Of a stretch of 64,000 bases of DNA, positions 48,462 to 61,170 are shown in pieces. Location of the stretch: positions 193,400 through 257,399 of the forward strand of contig NW_004797825.1 of the NCBI RefSeq assembly GCF_000002075.1. The letters are read 5' to 3'. The stretch's first letter is position 1. Each line of letters starts with the position of its first letter. The notes under the pieces were generated by a model, which was not told the origin of the DNA, ran no database searches, and was given only the letters and a program-made list of their open reading frames with translations. The translations under genes were made by a program, and so were the position numbers. Origin of the DNA: Aplysia californica. Lineage: Eukaryota.

Positions 48462-49812
48462 TATACTATTTTTTTTCCCCCAAACAAATTAGAAGGCTAG
48501 CGGCTTTGTGTTTTCTCCAAAGTTGGAACATGACAACCTTCCTACTTTGTGAACTGAGTATTACTTTTGTAGGATCAATCTATACGTCTCATCAAACTCT
48601 ACACCTTACAGCCGAGCCTATGGATGAGCTGATGTTGTTAGGAAAGTGAAAGAAAGATCAACGCATCAGAAGTTTAACTGAACCAACATCGGGAAAACAA
48701 AATCTTTTCCCCTACTCATTTTAATTTTTATACTGTGGTAAAAATGGCAGCGGTAGGAAAGGTTACTCAATACTGGACAATATTCACTTTATTAAAATTA
48801 CCGCATCCTCATATGTGTGTGTGAGGGAGAGAGAGAAGGGAGTGGTTGCAAGCGTCCACTGGCAGCCAAACTAACAACAGTGTTTACTAACATGATATAT
48901 CTCTTCAAAAAACCCACCCTCTCACTGCAGCTGGTTGCGTTGTATTTCTGAGTTCGGTAAAACTATTACTTTTTGCCATGTTCTTTATTCTCTCAATGTA
49001 CGTCAGTTATAAACAAACTCTAGATTTCAAAAAATCACTTGAGAAGTGAACGTTATTATGTAAAAGAACTTTATGTGCGTACATTTTAGACGTAGCTTTT
49101 AAAGTATAAAAATTCTAATTGGGGCTTTGCTCTTCAGAAAATGAACGTAGTTCCAGTCGAGAGTGCATCTTCAGCCGAGTATGTTATACTGAGGTTTTAC
49201 CGTACTACTCATTGTCTTTCAGTGCACCATATGCTGTGGCCTTGAGAGAAAAAGAAGCAACAATGGACTTTTTTTATTGTGTTGTGACGTTACATACACT
49301 CATTCTCCCACTTTCCCCGCTGTTTCAATGAGGAGCTATGTTGGCCTATCATTTATGGGAGATGATGGGCTCTACAATTGTATTTTAATGTTAAGTATCA
49401 CTAGCGGTCCAAACTGCTGTGAAACATCTGATGATACAAATTACAAATTGAATGCAGCTGAGGGTAAAAAAGCACTTCAACTTCAACTCAAGCATATATT
49501 TTACAACTTAACCGTTTGACTTAAACAAATGTAAAAGAGGTACTAGGACCTGAGAAGAAGATCAACTTAACCGGAGATCAACTCTAGTGACTTCCTACAC
49601 AAGTGGAGTCGATTTTACTAGATTTTCATTTTTTCTCTCAAAATTTTGACATACTATGTTACAACAATGTTGATTAACGGGGATGAGTTGTTTGGGTGTG
49701 TATCATTCAGAAGGAGAATTACTTGGTTAGCAAAACTTCGTTCTGATCTTATTCTTCCGAGAGATTTAAACAAAAAAACTTTTGTTTTTAGACATCCTTA
49801 ACTCACACCAAG

Positions 49813-49881
49813 GTTATTACACTATCTGATCTGGAGTGTGACTATCTCAATGCAAGGGCCTGCTGTGACAAGCTGAATTAT
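49813..49881 (+). CDS. CNIH4: CNIH4 exon 2, [23 protein letters not shown]
   Basis: Cornichon signature [18 protein letters not shown]; GTAAGT donor. Confidence 0.96.
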
Positions 49882-50295
49882 GTAAGTAAATATTCAATGT
49901 TTTAGTAGTTGCAACTCACACTTTATTTTGCTGAACTCTTCTCTTGTGGTTTCACATTTCTTGCAACGATGCTAATTTATGTTTGCAATTGTAAGGGCAT
50001 CATATACTTTTTGAGAGACATAATATATATATTGATAAATTGAAACAGGTGGATGAATTCATTATTACATTTTTATCTTGATATGACATGATATCATATA
50101 GTGTTTCTTTTTTTAAAAAAAATTTTGCTCTATGGTCTTTGTCTTTGCTGTTTTTTAAATTTTCATATCTGAAGTCTTCATTATATGAGGGTATTAAGTG
50201 TGGCTTAACAGCTTTCATATGATTTATATTTCGTGGTGTCACACAGACCATGGGAATATTTTCCACTTCTGTGCTTGATTTTTCTTTTTTCGCAG

Positions 50296-50408
50296 TGGGT
50301 GGTCATGGAGCTGATCAGTCACAATGTTTTATCTCTACTCTTGCTTCTGAGCGGTCATTGGATTCTCTTTCTCATGTATGCACCAATTGGTGCATGGCTT
50401 ACATTTAA
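50296..50408 (+). CDS. CNIH4: CNIH4 exon 3, WVVMELISHNVLSLLLLLSGHWILFLMYAPIGAWLTF
   Basis: Transmembrane segment with WV..EL..H and HW..FL motifs; consensus splice sites. Confidence 0.94.
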
Positions 50409-51440
50409 GTGAGTATTTATATTTATGTGTAAAACAAATGGTCGTGTAGTGCAAAAATTGTTGATATAATATTATGTAAAAAAAAATTTTGTCAACTGAT
50501 GCAAGTCAAGTTAACTGAGAGTACTTTTTTGCCATACATTTCAAACTGTCTAACCTGGTTTCTCTTTGTGTGCTAATTATATTTCAAACTGATTTTTCCC
50601 GAAGTTAAACAAAGTGATTAATACCAAGTTAGAGGGCTTGTTCAAGTTTCTGCTAAAGGTCATTTGAAGGCCAATCCAACTGCAACCTCCAGCCCATGTC
50701 CGCTGATGAAATAAATCAGAAATCAGGTTTAGAAGAGTATGTTATTGGTCAGGTAATCACAAATATTTCCAAATGAATTGTGTCAGGGTGCAGTGGAATC
50801 ATGCACTTGTCAATAATTTTTGGGCATTTTGAGTTATTGGTATTGTCTTAAATTTGTTCATTTGTTTTGCTTTCGATGAAAGAAATACCCATTTATCTTG
50901 AATACAAGTCGAAATATTTGTGATTGAAGGACGTGTGGGTCGCTTGATTTCAGAGTAAAATTGTCAAGAAAATGGCTGCCTAACCTTGTGCTTTTAATCA
51001 GCATTTTAAAGTAAAATCCACACAGAAATTGGTTCTTTAAAGGACTTAAAAGGTATTGGACCCACACAAATTTTTAAAATGAAAATTGCCAAACCGACGG
51101 AACATGCCAGTTTCTTCAATTTCATTATATTGACAATTGTTTCCTGAATAGTTTAAAAGATTTAATCATACTTTATTTGAATAAAGTAATAGAACAGCAG
51201 GGAAAAAATCATGAGGCATTATATTTGAGTAACAGTTGTTTCTGAGTGAGTACAGCAATCTGAAATTGTTTGTACTTTAAAATAAAATTTATTCAGGTGT
51301 TTAAAAAAAAAAAAAGAAAGAAATCTTCCCAGTAATAAAATGTGAAATGATTTTTCTTTTGGCTATTAGACTTATAATGTTTCGGTTTGAGTTATTTTTT
51401 AGCATTTTTTTATTTGTCTGAAATAACTTTTTATCCACAG

Positions 51441-51581
51441 ATTTGTGACGAAGCCCTCTGGAAACATCGGGATGTTTGACCCAACAGAAATCCACAATCA
51501 GAAGCATTTGAAGCAATACATGAGGGAAAGTTTGGTTCGCCTTGGCTTTCATCTTGTATTCTTTTTTGTCTTCCTGTACTG
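51441..51581 (+). CDS. CNIH4: CNIH4 exon 4, FVTKPSGNIGMFDPTEIHNQKHLKQYMRESLVRLGFHLVFFFVFLY
   Basis: PSGN.G.FDPTEIHN motif diagnostic of CNIH4. Confidence 0.96.
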
Positions 51582-52205
51582 GTGAGTTGATTCAATTTTT
51601 TTTTCTGTGTTTTTTGTGTGCGTTCACTTCCCTGTGAGCAAAAACAGACAGACAGGTGGATGGACAAAGGGAGAAAGAGATAAAGTAAAGTCTGAGTGGT
51701 TGACTGTGAATGACCATGCAGGCAAGGATGAAAGAGCCATATGTAAGGCATCCTGGTAAAATCAGGCGCTCATCAAAATAATGAAATCAAAGAAACAGGC
51801 ATTTTTGCGCCAGTTTGGCAATTTTTATTGAATTTTTTTTTTTAGCTCAACACCTTTTATGTTCATATAAAAACACATTTCTATGTGAATTTTATGGAAA
51901 AGGCATTGGTTAAAGGCACAAAACATGTAATTTTTCAATTTGCAAGGACTCTCAAGCTATTGAAGTTACTAAACTTTGACAGCCATTATCTCGCTAATAT
52001 TACCACTGAAACCAGGTGAGCCAACCTCCTTCAATTGCAAATATCTCCTCTTCTATTCAAGATAGATGGGTATTTTTTCCATTGACAGCAAGGCAAATGA
52101 GTAAGCTTTCAGATGATACCAATAACTCCACATATCCAAAAGTTGACAAGCACCTGATTCCACCGCGTCACGACACATATGATGATATAATGCTAAGTAC
52201 TGTGG

Positions 52206-54384
52206 GAAGATATGCACAAGTCACAACTGGAAATCGTCTAAAGTATGAAGTGAGCCTTTTGAAAGACCCAGTAAAGAAGAATGAGTTCAAGTTGGAACTG
52301 AAGAACAGATTTCAAGCCCTTCAAGATCTGGATGAATGTGAAGTCAACGAACACTGGGATAAGATAAGAGAGGCAGTAAATGCAACTTGCCAGAGCACCC
52401 TAGGACCCAAAGACAACACCAGGAATGAATGGATTTCACAGGACTCTCGGGACAAAGTCAAAAGAAGAAGAGAGCTGAAGACCCAAGTCAACAACAGCCG
52501 TACCCGAACTGAGAAACTCGCTGCACAACAAGAGTATACCGAAGTAAACCGGGAGGTAAAGAATTCCATCAAGAAGGACGAGAATACCCACCTAAATGGC
52601 CTGGCCGAAAAGGCAGAGAAAGCAGCAACAGACGGGCACTTACGGATTGTACACCAGACTACAAGAACTCTTTCAAGTGGGTTCAGCAAGCCCACTCTAC
52701 CAGTGAAAGACAAAGAGGGAAAGACTGTCTTCAACCCAGAGTGGCAACTTAACCGATGGAGAGAACACTTTGATCAACTATTGAACAGTCCACCTCCAGA
52801 AAACCAAGAAATTCTTCCAGCCAGAAATGACCTCCCAATAGTCACGGAACCACCTTCAAGAGAGGAAATTGCAGCCGCTATAAAAACACTGAAGTCCCAC
52901 AAAGCAGCTGGTCCCGACCATATACCACCGGAAGCCCTTAAGGCAGAGAAAGATATGTTTGTGGAAATTCTCTATGCTCTATTTGAAAAGGTTTGGCAAA
53001 AGGAGGAAATACCATCAGACTGGAAGGAAGGCCACCTAATCAAGCTGCCAAAGAAAGGAGACCTCAGCAATTGTAACAACTACAGAGGAATTACACTCCT
53101 GTCCGTACCTGGGAAAGTCTTCAACAGGATACTCCTGGAGAGAATCAAGCTGGCAACAGATGAGAAGCTTCGAGGAAACCAGGCAGGATTCTGCAAAAAC
53201 CGATCATGTGTGGACCAGATCGCTACTCTGCGCATCATTGTTTAGCAATCACTTGAATGGAACTCACCACTCGTGGTCAACTTCATTGACTATGAAAAGG
53301 CGTTAAACAGCGTGGACAGGGAAACTCTGTGGAAGCTCATGTGGCATTTTGGAATACCTGAGAAAATCGTCAAGCTTGTGAAGGCCACCTATGATGGAAC
53401 AAACTGCCAAGTCTTCCACGAAGGACAACTCTCAGAACCATTCCAGGTACAGACAGGAGTGCAACAAGGATGCTTGCTCTCACCTTTTCTCTTCATTCTG
53501 GCAATTGGCTGGGTCATGAAAGAAGCCACCAGAGGCAGACTTAATGGAATACAATGGATCCTTTGGCAGCAGCTGGACGACTTGGGCTTCGCAGATGACC
53601 TTGCACTGCTCTCTCACACACATGCTCAGATGCAAGAAAAGACCAAGGAACTCAACAGCCTGTCTAGGAGTGTTGGCCTACGTATACATCCAGGTAAGTC
53701 AAAAGTAGTGAAGCTAGGAAAAGTTTCAAGCCCTGCTGTGACAGTGGAAGACACTCCCCTGGAAGAAGTGGACTCCTTTACCTACCGTGGAAGTGTCATG
53801 GATGGTAAAGGTGGAACCGAGGCAGATGTTAAAGCAAGAACCGCCAAGGCAAGGTCAGCGTTCAAGCAGTTATCAAAAGTCTGGAAAGCAAGCAACATCT
53901 CACTGCGCACCAAGATTCGACTCTTAAACTCCAACGTCAAGTCTGTGCTCCTCTACGGCTGCGAAACTTGGAAGACAATAAAGACAGTACTGAATAAAGT
54001 CCAGACTTTCGTCAACAGATGTATGAGGAGCATTCTAAGAATTAAGTGGCAGGATAGAATAAGAAATGAAAAGCTGTGGGAAAGAACAGAACAAAAGGAT
54101 ATAGAAGTAGAAATAGGACTAACAAAGTGGCGATGGATGGGACACACCTTAAGAAAGCCCAGTGGAAACATCACAAGACAGTCACTGCAGTGGAACCCAC
54201 AAGGAGCATGAAGCAGGGGTAGGCCACGGGAAACATGGAGATGCGTGGAAAGGGACATGAGAGAAATGAAGCTCACTTGGAACGAGCTTGGAAGGATGGC
54301 TCAGGACAGAGATAAATGGAAGGAGCTTGTATGTGGCCTATACCCTGCCAGGGGTGAAAGGCATTAATGATGATGATGATGATG
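52206..54384 (+). mobile_element. 5'-truncated RTE-clade LINE in CNIH4 intron 4
   Basis: RT motifs KAAGPD, LPKKGDLSNCNNYRGITLLS, QGCLLSPFLF, FADD and LQWNPQG. (GAT)n tail; 7-bp TSD ACTGTGG at 52199-52205 and 54385-54391. One frame throughout, with nonsense codons at 53243 and 54209. Confidence 0.95.
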
Positions 54385-54696
54385 ACTGTGGCTTCCGCAT
54401 AGGAATCCAATCCTGGGGAAACCGAATAGCAGGTTCTTATGTGGAACAGGAATTTTAGACAGATTTGAAGAGGTGCCGCTCACCTCCTGCAAATTGGATA
54501 AATTGGATGGTTACCACCTTTGTTTATTCTTTTAGCTGAAATATGAATCGTGGGATATCCTTATATAAATGTGTTGGGATTTTTTTGTGAGCCACATGAC
54601 TAAATGCCTTAATAGGATATCATTTACCAATTGATTGACCAGCTTCAGTTGAACTCACATGCCTGCCATGACTTTACATACAATGTGTGGATGGTG

Positions 54697-55426
54697 CAGA
54701 CTTGCCTCTCATCCCGATTTAATCGGGATATCCCGATTTTTTTCCCAAAATGTCAAGCATCCCGATTTTCCTGATTTTGATCACATGTATCCCGATTTTT
54801 TTGTTTGTTCTGTCTTTTGCGCAGTATTTTTCTAAAAGCTTACTCTGCCTTTTTCTCTGTCACAGGAAGCACCTGTTAAACTTTTTGTCTGCAGGGACTC
54901 AGAGCACTATTTTCGGAAATATCAATGCCGGATTTAATAGTTGACTCACCTCAAGTTGTGTAGGACCTTTACTCACTCATGTTATTTCAACTATAATGAG
55001 AGTAGTATCAATTTGTTCTTCCGACTTGGGACATTCTCAATTTCTACTCTAGTTTTCACTCAGAAATCTCCGATGATGGCCTGATAACTTCAGTTTCGAC
55101 GTACGAATGAATGTACATAGTTCTGCTGTTACTTTCAAAACAAGCTTTGTCTGAACTCTGGTTAGTTGGGTCAGTCATCAAGACCCATCTGTCAGTAAAA
55201 CTGATTTAATCCCGCGTTGGCATCTCATGATATGACTTCAGCGTGTGAGTTCCGTATGTGTTGGGGATCATCCGTTGACGGGGTCAACTTAAAAAAAGGT
55301 TTATGCACACTTGTTGAAGTATCCTTTGGGACTTATTGGGTGGTGGGGTGTTAGACACTTGGACTAGGAGTGCTTGACATGATACTTCAGGATTTAAACA
55401 AAATAATGATTAAACCTACATATGCG

Positions 55427-55492
<66 letters not shown>

Positions 55493-55663
55493 GAGAGAGG
55501 GGGGGCGTGTACATGGATATATTTATGGACACCCCAGGCAAATTTTTGGTCCAGCTTGGCAGTCACCTTGATAATTTGTTGCTGATCCTGATTTTTTTCA
55601 CCAAATCCCATTTTTTCCCCCCCTGAGATCCTGATTTCTAGATTTCATAGAGTGACAGGTCTG
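54697..55663. mobile_element. old hAT-like MITE containing (CA)n
   Basis: Imperfect TIRs cagacttgcctctc / gagtgacaggtctg, with subterminal atcc(c/t)gattt repeats at both ends; no TSD visible. Confidence 0.5.
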
Positions 55664-56755
55664 ATTTTGGCGTCTGCTTGTCCATGCCCATTTGTCCTGT
55701 TTCCATCTCCATCATTAAAAAGCAGAAGGTGTAACAGTTACACTGTAGCATTTCTTTTTCTGACCGTACCTGTCAAAAGGATCATGTGCTTGATAGTGAG
55801 CAAGTGCCATATCAAACGAAAAGTAGAGGGAGGGTGTCAGAGCTTCCGCAAGGCCTTGGCCACTTCTTCCCTCCCTCATACTCCTCTCAATGTATCTTAT
55901 TGAAGTGTGTAGGCCTTGAAGAGAACTTTTTTGTTTTCTCAATAATATCAATATGCCGTAAATCAAAAATGCTTAAAATTATGAGATTATTTTCCGCAGT
56001 TCATAGCAGATTTTTGGGGGAGTATTATTTTTTGAACAGGTCTTGTACATGTAAATTAGAGGGAGTTACTTGTTAAAACTAGGCTTTTTGGTGGATCCGG
56101 TCTTTGTGCAGCTTGTTCTTAGTCAGAGACCTTTCTAGTAAACTGTTAATATACTCAACATGTTTTTCAAAAACAGCTGTAAAGATGTACATCTGTTCTA
56201 AGCAGATTGTGGCCTATTGGGTTTTTGGTTCTCATTCAAGAAGTAGGCTGCTATGTGAAACCTTTTAGATTGTTAAACTGACTAAACAGAAGCTTTTTTT
56301 AATAGTCTTTAGTGCCTATAATTGGCTGCTTGCTCTGTATGCTTCCCAGGAAGTTAAGATTGTTTCAGAATGCTCTCTTGTGAAGCGAATAGAGCTTGCT
56401 GTTGAGCGGGGATTTGCGCTATACAAATGCTATCTATTATTAACAATTTCTGGCATAGTAAATAAAATAGCAGTTTGAGTTTATTCTATTTTTTAGCATA
56501 AAGCAATACAACGAGTTCTTTCACAATTTGAACAAGAAGTATTTTTAAGTAGCAGCTAGTTCAGTGAATATAATTTTAACGTCTGAATGAAACTGAGCCG
56601 GTAGTGTAAATTGGGTTAGATTGATTGTAAGGGAATTCACCTTGGATGGGTGAGCTTTTTTTTTGCTATTTTGTTGTACACAGCATAATTTGTTTTACTG
56701 ATAATTTGGACAAAAAGCGTTTGAAATAGCTTTTCTGCTTTGTATTTTCTTTCAG

Positions 56756-56786
56756 GATGATCTACTCCCTCGTGAAGGGGCACTAG
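56756..56786 (+). CDS. CNIH4: CNIH4 exon 5 (terminal), (W)MIYSLVKGH*
   Basis: Strong acceptor tttctttcag; phase 2 matches exon 4; MI..LV C-terminus of cornichons. Confidence 0.88.
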
Positions 56787-57776
56787 AGATGCAGCTCCCA
56801 GATTACCTGAGAATGATGTGCATGCTGTATTATGTGTGTGTGTGTTTGTAAATGAGCATAATAGAATTACCTAATGAGAATCCATGTTGTATCATATTGT
56901 TCTCACATTACCCACTTACATATGAAGCATTCTTGAAGTTTGGTTGAAATACTTTTCTTGAATGAAAGTTGATTGGCTAAGTTTTGTGTTTTCATATTTT
57001 TCAATGTGGACATATTCAGAGATAAAAGAAAAAAATGAATGGTTCGAGAAATATTATATCAAGGAGAGTGTGCAGCCTTTCGTTATTTTGCACACGTTGG
57101 TGTTAGAATATTGAGGGATAAAACTGAGAAAGTCTGGCAACAGATTTGGAGCCTCGTTTATTATGGCATCATGGCTAAGCGATGAACACATTACATCTTT
57201 ATTGTGTATGCGCCTGATGGGATGAATTGATTTTGTTTTGTTTCTCCTTTGCAGTGGAATGTTTTGCTTCTGTTGACTTTGCTTGTTTAATTTCATGACT
57301 GGAAAATGTACGGTTGAACCTGTCCATAGCAATCACTCAAGGCCACTGATAAAAATGACCCTTTAGACAGTTGGCTGCTTTGGACCTGATATGAGTTATT
57401 GTCACTTACTAGACTTGGAAAAATCAATAGATGGTTTCAGATCTGAAATCTTAATTTTTTCTTTCCATTTCGTTTCCATCAAAATTGTTATCTATTGTAA
57501 AGGCTTTTGTGCAATGATTGAAAGTGCTCTCTCAGTCTGAGGACTTGTAACAAATGGCCACAAAGAGCAGATAGATGCTGAATTGCCGTAAAAACGACCG
57601 ACAGGGGCCGCGTTGGACAGGGGCCGCTGTGGACAGGCTAAAAAGAATATATCAGAAAACCACAAGGGAGTCACAGAAAAGTTGCCATTAGTACAGATGA
57701 TCGCTATTGAGAGTTGACCTCTTGGGCAGGTTCGACGGCATATTTTGTATTGTATATCTTCATTTTTAATCAGATA

Positions 57777-58216
57777 CAATGGAGTCCACTGAAACCGAAC
57801 ACTTTTAATCCGAAAACAGCTGTGCGCTCCATGAAAATAGAATCCTCTTTTTTTGGTCTTCTTTGCCCTTGTGCCCAGCCTATGAGTATGGGATGTATAT
57901 TATATATCACTGGCATTGGGCTTTTTCACATCTTCTCTAGGCTAGTTCAAAGCTCAGTACAGAGTGCTTTGTGTTCTGTGTTACTGTTTGATTAAGTAAG
58001 CTGACTATGTTGAAGAGAAAGCACTGCTCAAAGTGCAGTTACTGAAAGAGGTAAATGAGAAATTTTTAAAAAAGTGAAATTTGCTGCAAGCATGGCATTC
58101 CCAACTCTACATTGTGGACAGTTATCACTATTTGAGCAACCTCTCTCAACTGAAAACACAGCTAAACCGAACAAAATGCGGCAGCCTTGCAGATTTCAGT
58201 TTAGAGGGCTCCACTG
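57777..58216. mobile_element. pogo/Tigger-like MITE, ~440 bp
   Basis: TA|CAATGGAGTCCACTGAAACCGAA ... TTCAGTTTAGAGGGCTCCACTG|TA. Confidence 0.65.
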
Positions 58217-58577
58217 TAGTTCTGTTTTAGAGTCTACCATTGCTTTCTTTTTGTCCCACTTTTCATTTGTTTCAGTGTTCAGATCTGCACTTATTATTGC
58301 TTTTGAGTTATGTTTCATGTGAACTGTTTGTTGATTCATACATGTTGTTTATTATGTTTTCTCTTTTTACAAGTCTTAGTAAGGTGGACAGGACGACATC
58401 TAAGGGGTAAATACTTAATCCTTGAGGCTTTATGTGCTTTCAGTTTGGCGGGTTTATTGATACAATTTGCCAATGGTTTTTATTTTGACTCTGGTGTCTG
58501 TGATGAAACTGGTTGTAGAACATTTTTCTCTCTTGTTCTCTAGTCTATTTCTTCATGTAGGTTACTTGACTTGTTTT

Positions 58578-58748
58578 TGTGGTTGGTTGGCGGGTGCTCT
58601 GGTGTGGTTTGCTCCTTCTTTCCTATCAAACATTTCGTCCTTATCTCCCCTCCTTCTTTTTTGTGTATGTTACTCTCTTGTAACACATCTATTCTTCTGC
58701 ACTTATATGACCTTATTGCGTTGCAAGTGCCGTAAAACTCTTACTAAA
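58578..58748 (+). mobile_element. family H repeat
   Basis: gtggttggttggcgggtgctctggtgtggtttg...gtgccgtaaaactcttactaaa. Confidence 0.8.
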
Positions 58749-59076
58749 GCAGACTTGTTTTGTGCCTGCCTTACAGAGACATAACGGAGGAAAAGAAACT
58801 AAGAATTATTATTTACAAAATACTGTGTTAAATTTTTAGGCTTGTTCTAAATGTATCCGTTCCTTACTTCTCAAGATCTCTTTTTCTGTTTAAAGAGACG
58901 ACGTGTCTTTTATTAAGTTTACTTATAAATGATAATTGAAATGATCAGCAAAATTATCTAAATTATATTGAGTGGGGGTGTAAAACATCTTCAAAAATGT
59001 TCAACAATTTAAAACCAAAAAAAAAGAACTTAAGTGAAACCTTCCATGAACACTTTCTTATACTTATAATGTTTAC

Positions 59077-59272
59077 TAGTTTTTGTTTGTTTTTGTAAAG
59101 TGTTTTACGGCGCTCGCAACTGCATAAGGTCATATGAGCGCGCGGGACACATCTAATTATTTCAGTTGGTAGGAAATTTTGAATTTTGCCCGGGTGGCGG
59201 CCGAAGCCTACTCTTATTGATTTTAGACCACCAAGGGATCTTTAATGTGCGCAACTTGCACATGGGCCCTCC
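59077..59272 (-). mobile_element. family H 3' fragment (59077-59140) adjacent to a family A SINE 3' fragment (59169-59272)
   Basis: Matches 4085-4135 and 15055-15155 respectively. Confidence 0.7.
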
Positions 59273-59467
59273 ATGAACACTTTCAGGTGTTTGTGTCTGG
59301 AATTGGCTTTTTCATTGTATGTCTAGGCTTGTATGGACTTTTTATCTTTAGTAAGACTGAATTTTGCATAATCTAAGTTGTGTTGGGACATAAAACAATT
59401 ACCTTGTTAAAACATGCTGGGGGATGACCCATATTAGTAAGTCTGTGAGTGGATAGGACTCTTTGAA

Positions 59468-59642
59468 TGTGGGTGGTTGGCGGGTGCTCTGGTGTGGTTT
59501 GTTTCTTTTTTCCTATCAAATATCTATTGTCTTTATCTCCCCTCCTTCTTTTTTGTGTTTGTTACTCTCTTGTAACACCTCTAATTTCAGCACTCATATG
59601 ACCTTATTGTGTTGCAAGTGCCATAAAACACTTACTAAAACG
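59468..59642 (+). mobile_element. family H repeat
   Basis: Aligns with 58578-58748. Confidence 0.8.
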
Positions 59643-60011
59643 AAAGGACTCTTTGAATATTATATTCCTTGCCTTTTCTCTTGGTTTTTATTTTGTATCT
59701 TTCATCAGGTCCAAGGATTTTACTCCTTATTGTAATTTTTATAATCTATTCAGGGCTTGATGCTTGTCTATAAACTTGCTCACTCCTACTGACTGGAATG
59801 CTTTGATTAAGATTCTCAGTATTAACCTACCAAGTAAAGAATAGTTGGACAGGGTGTTTGTCATCTGAAATTCCATTTACTTTTCCATTGTAACTTTCCT
59901 TATTACCTTTGTTGTGATTGATCTGATTTCTCAAACTTTTACGGGATATGGATAAGCTCACTCTGTCTTGGCTGCATTGGGGTCTCTTGTACACTTCATC
60001 CAGGGCTTTTT

Positions 60012-60206
60012 GTATGTGAGTGGTTGGCAGGTGCTCTGGTTTTCTTCTTAATTCCTATCAAACATCTGTTGTTCCCGTCTCTCCCTTTCCCTCCTCCCTT
60101 TCTTTGTATGTTATTTTTTGGTAAAATCTCTAATCTTCTGCATTTTTACAACCTATTTATGTCACAAGTGCTGTAAAACTCCTATTATTAGAACTGAGAC
60201 TAAACT
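60012..60206 (+). mobile_element. family H repeat (diverged)
   Basis: gtgagtggttggcaggtgctctgg...gtgctgtaaaactc. Confidence 0.65.
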
Positions 60207-60774
60207 TTTAGTATTGTGTCCGCATGATGTGTTTTATTTACAGAAGAAGTGTAGAACGGCCTGTTGTACAGAGATGCTGAGAAATCCATTAGCTGTTTGT
60301 GTTCTTTGTTAATGTCAGCTTCTTCATTTTGATGTATTTTTTTTGTTTTCCTGAGTTCATGTTCAGACTGGCTGAAAGGAGTAAAAATGACCCTTCATAG
60401 TATTTCTGTGAGAATGTTTATTTGATAATACCTCAAAAAATAAAAAGCTTGTTTGAAATTTTTTTGACAAAGATACATTTTTAAATTTTTATTTGGTTAC
60501 TGCTCAAGGTGACTGTTGTTCCTGTGAAAAAATAACAGTATTTCATTGTCTTTTTTTGTGGTCCAAAACTGAAAAATTGCAGCATTGTACTTAAATATTT
60601 GTTTGTCGTTATATTATTGTCTCCTGCACTGGTTCTTGCATTTTGAACATTTTTTGTTGACCTTCGTGCCTCATTAGTCACATATATATAAACATAAATG
60701 TATATATATAAATGTCTTATGGGTTTCAGTTTGTTAGAAACAAAATGCTCACAGTTTCTAGCTTAGTCTGCTTA

Positions 60775-61170
60775 GGTTGTTCTTCTCTGCCTATTTCACT
60801 CTGGTATGGTACTGGGTTTAGGCGACTAAGAAGAGCTGTTTACCTGTTTCTGTTTGGGCGATCCTCCTACCTTCAGCCAGCTGTGTCCCATCTGTCCCAG
60901 ATCTGCCCCCAGATCTCGTTCCAAGGTGTATCTTGGCCTTTCTCTCCTTCTCCATGTTGTCTCCACCAGGAGTGTTGATGTCTCTGCCCAAGATTTGTCA
61001 CTGGTTGTTACTCTTTTTTAAAATTTTGACGTTTCAGTTTCAGTAACGACAGGTTAGTTTTCCAGAGTAGGTATGCTAGCCCTGCACCCAAACCCCAACC
61101 TTGACGAACAGTTGTCTCTATTTCAGGAGGCACTACCTATGTTGCCATTTAGTCGTCACTTACATGCTAG
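60775..61170 (-). mobile_element. bipartite non-autonomous RTE derivative (RTE 5' UTR fused to RTE 3' end)
   Basis: Minus strand: gtaagtgacgactaaatgg and caaggttggggtttgggtgcagggctagca (RTE 5'-UTR-like), directly followed by a decayed RRRERPRYTL..DL..MG.SW C-terminal coding remnant. Confidence 0.5.

Larger units (their letters stand above)
44187..49812 (+). other. CNIH4: U12-type (minor spliceosome) GT-AG intron, CNIH4 intron 1
   Basis: 5' splice site GTATCCTTG; branch site TCCTTAAC at 49795-49802, ending 10 nt before the exon; no polypyrimidine tract before the AAG acceptor. Confidence 0.92.

Noticed and set aside
52016-52205. N-terminal extension of the 409-aa RT ORF
   Set aside because: Lies upstream of the TSD; fortuitously open intronic sequence. 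The ORFs at 52321 and 53953 (-) are antisense shadows of the RT.
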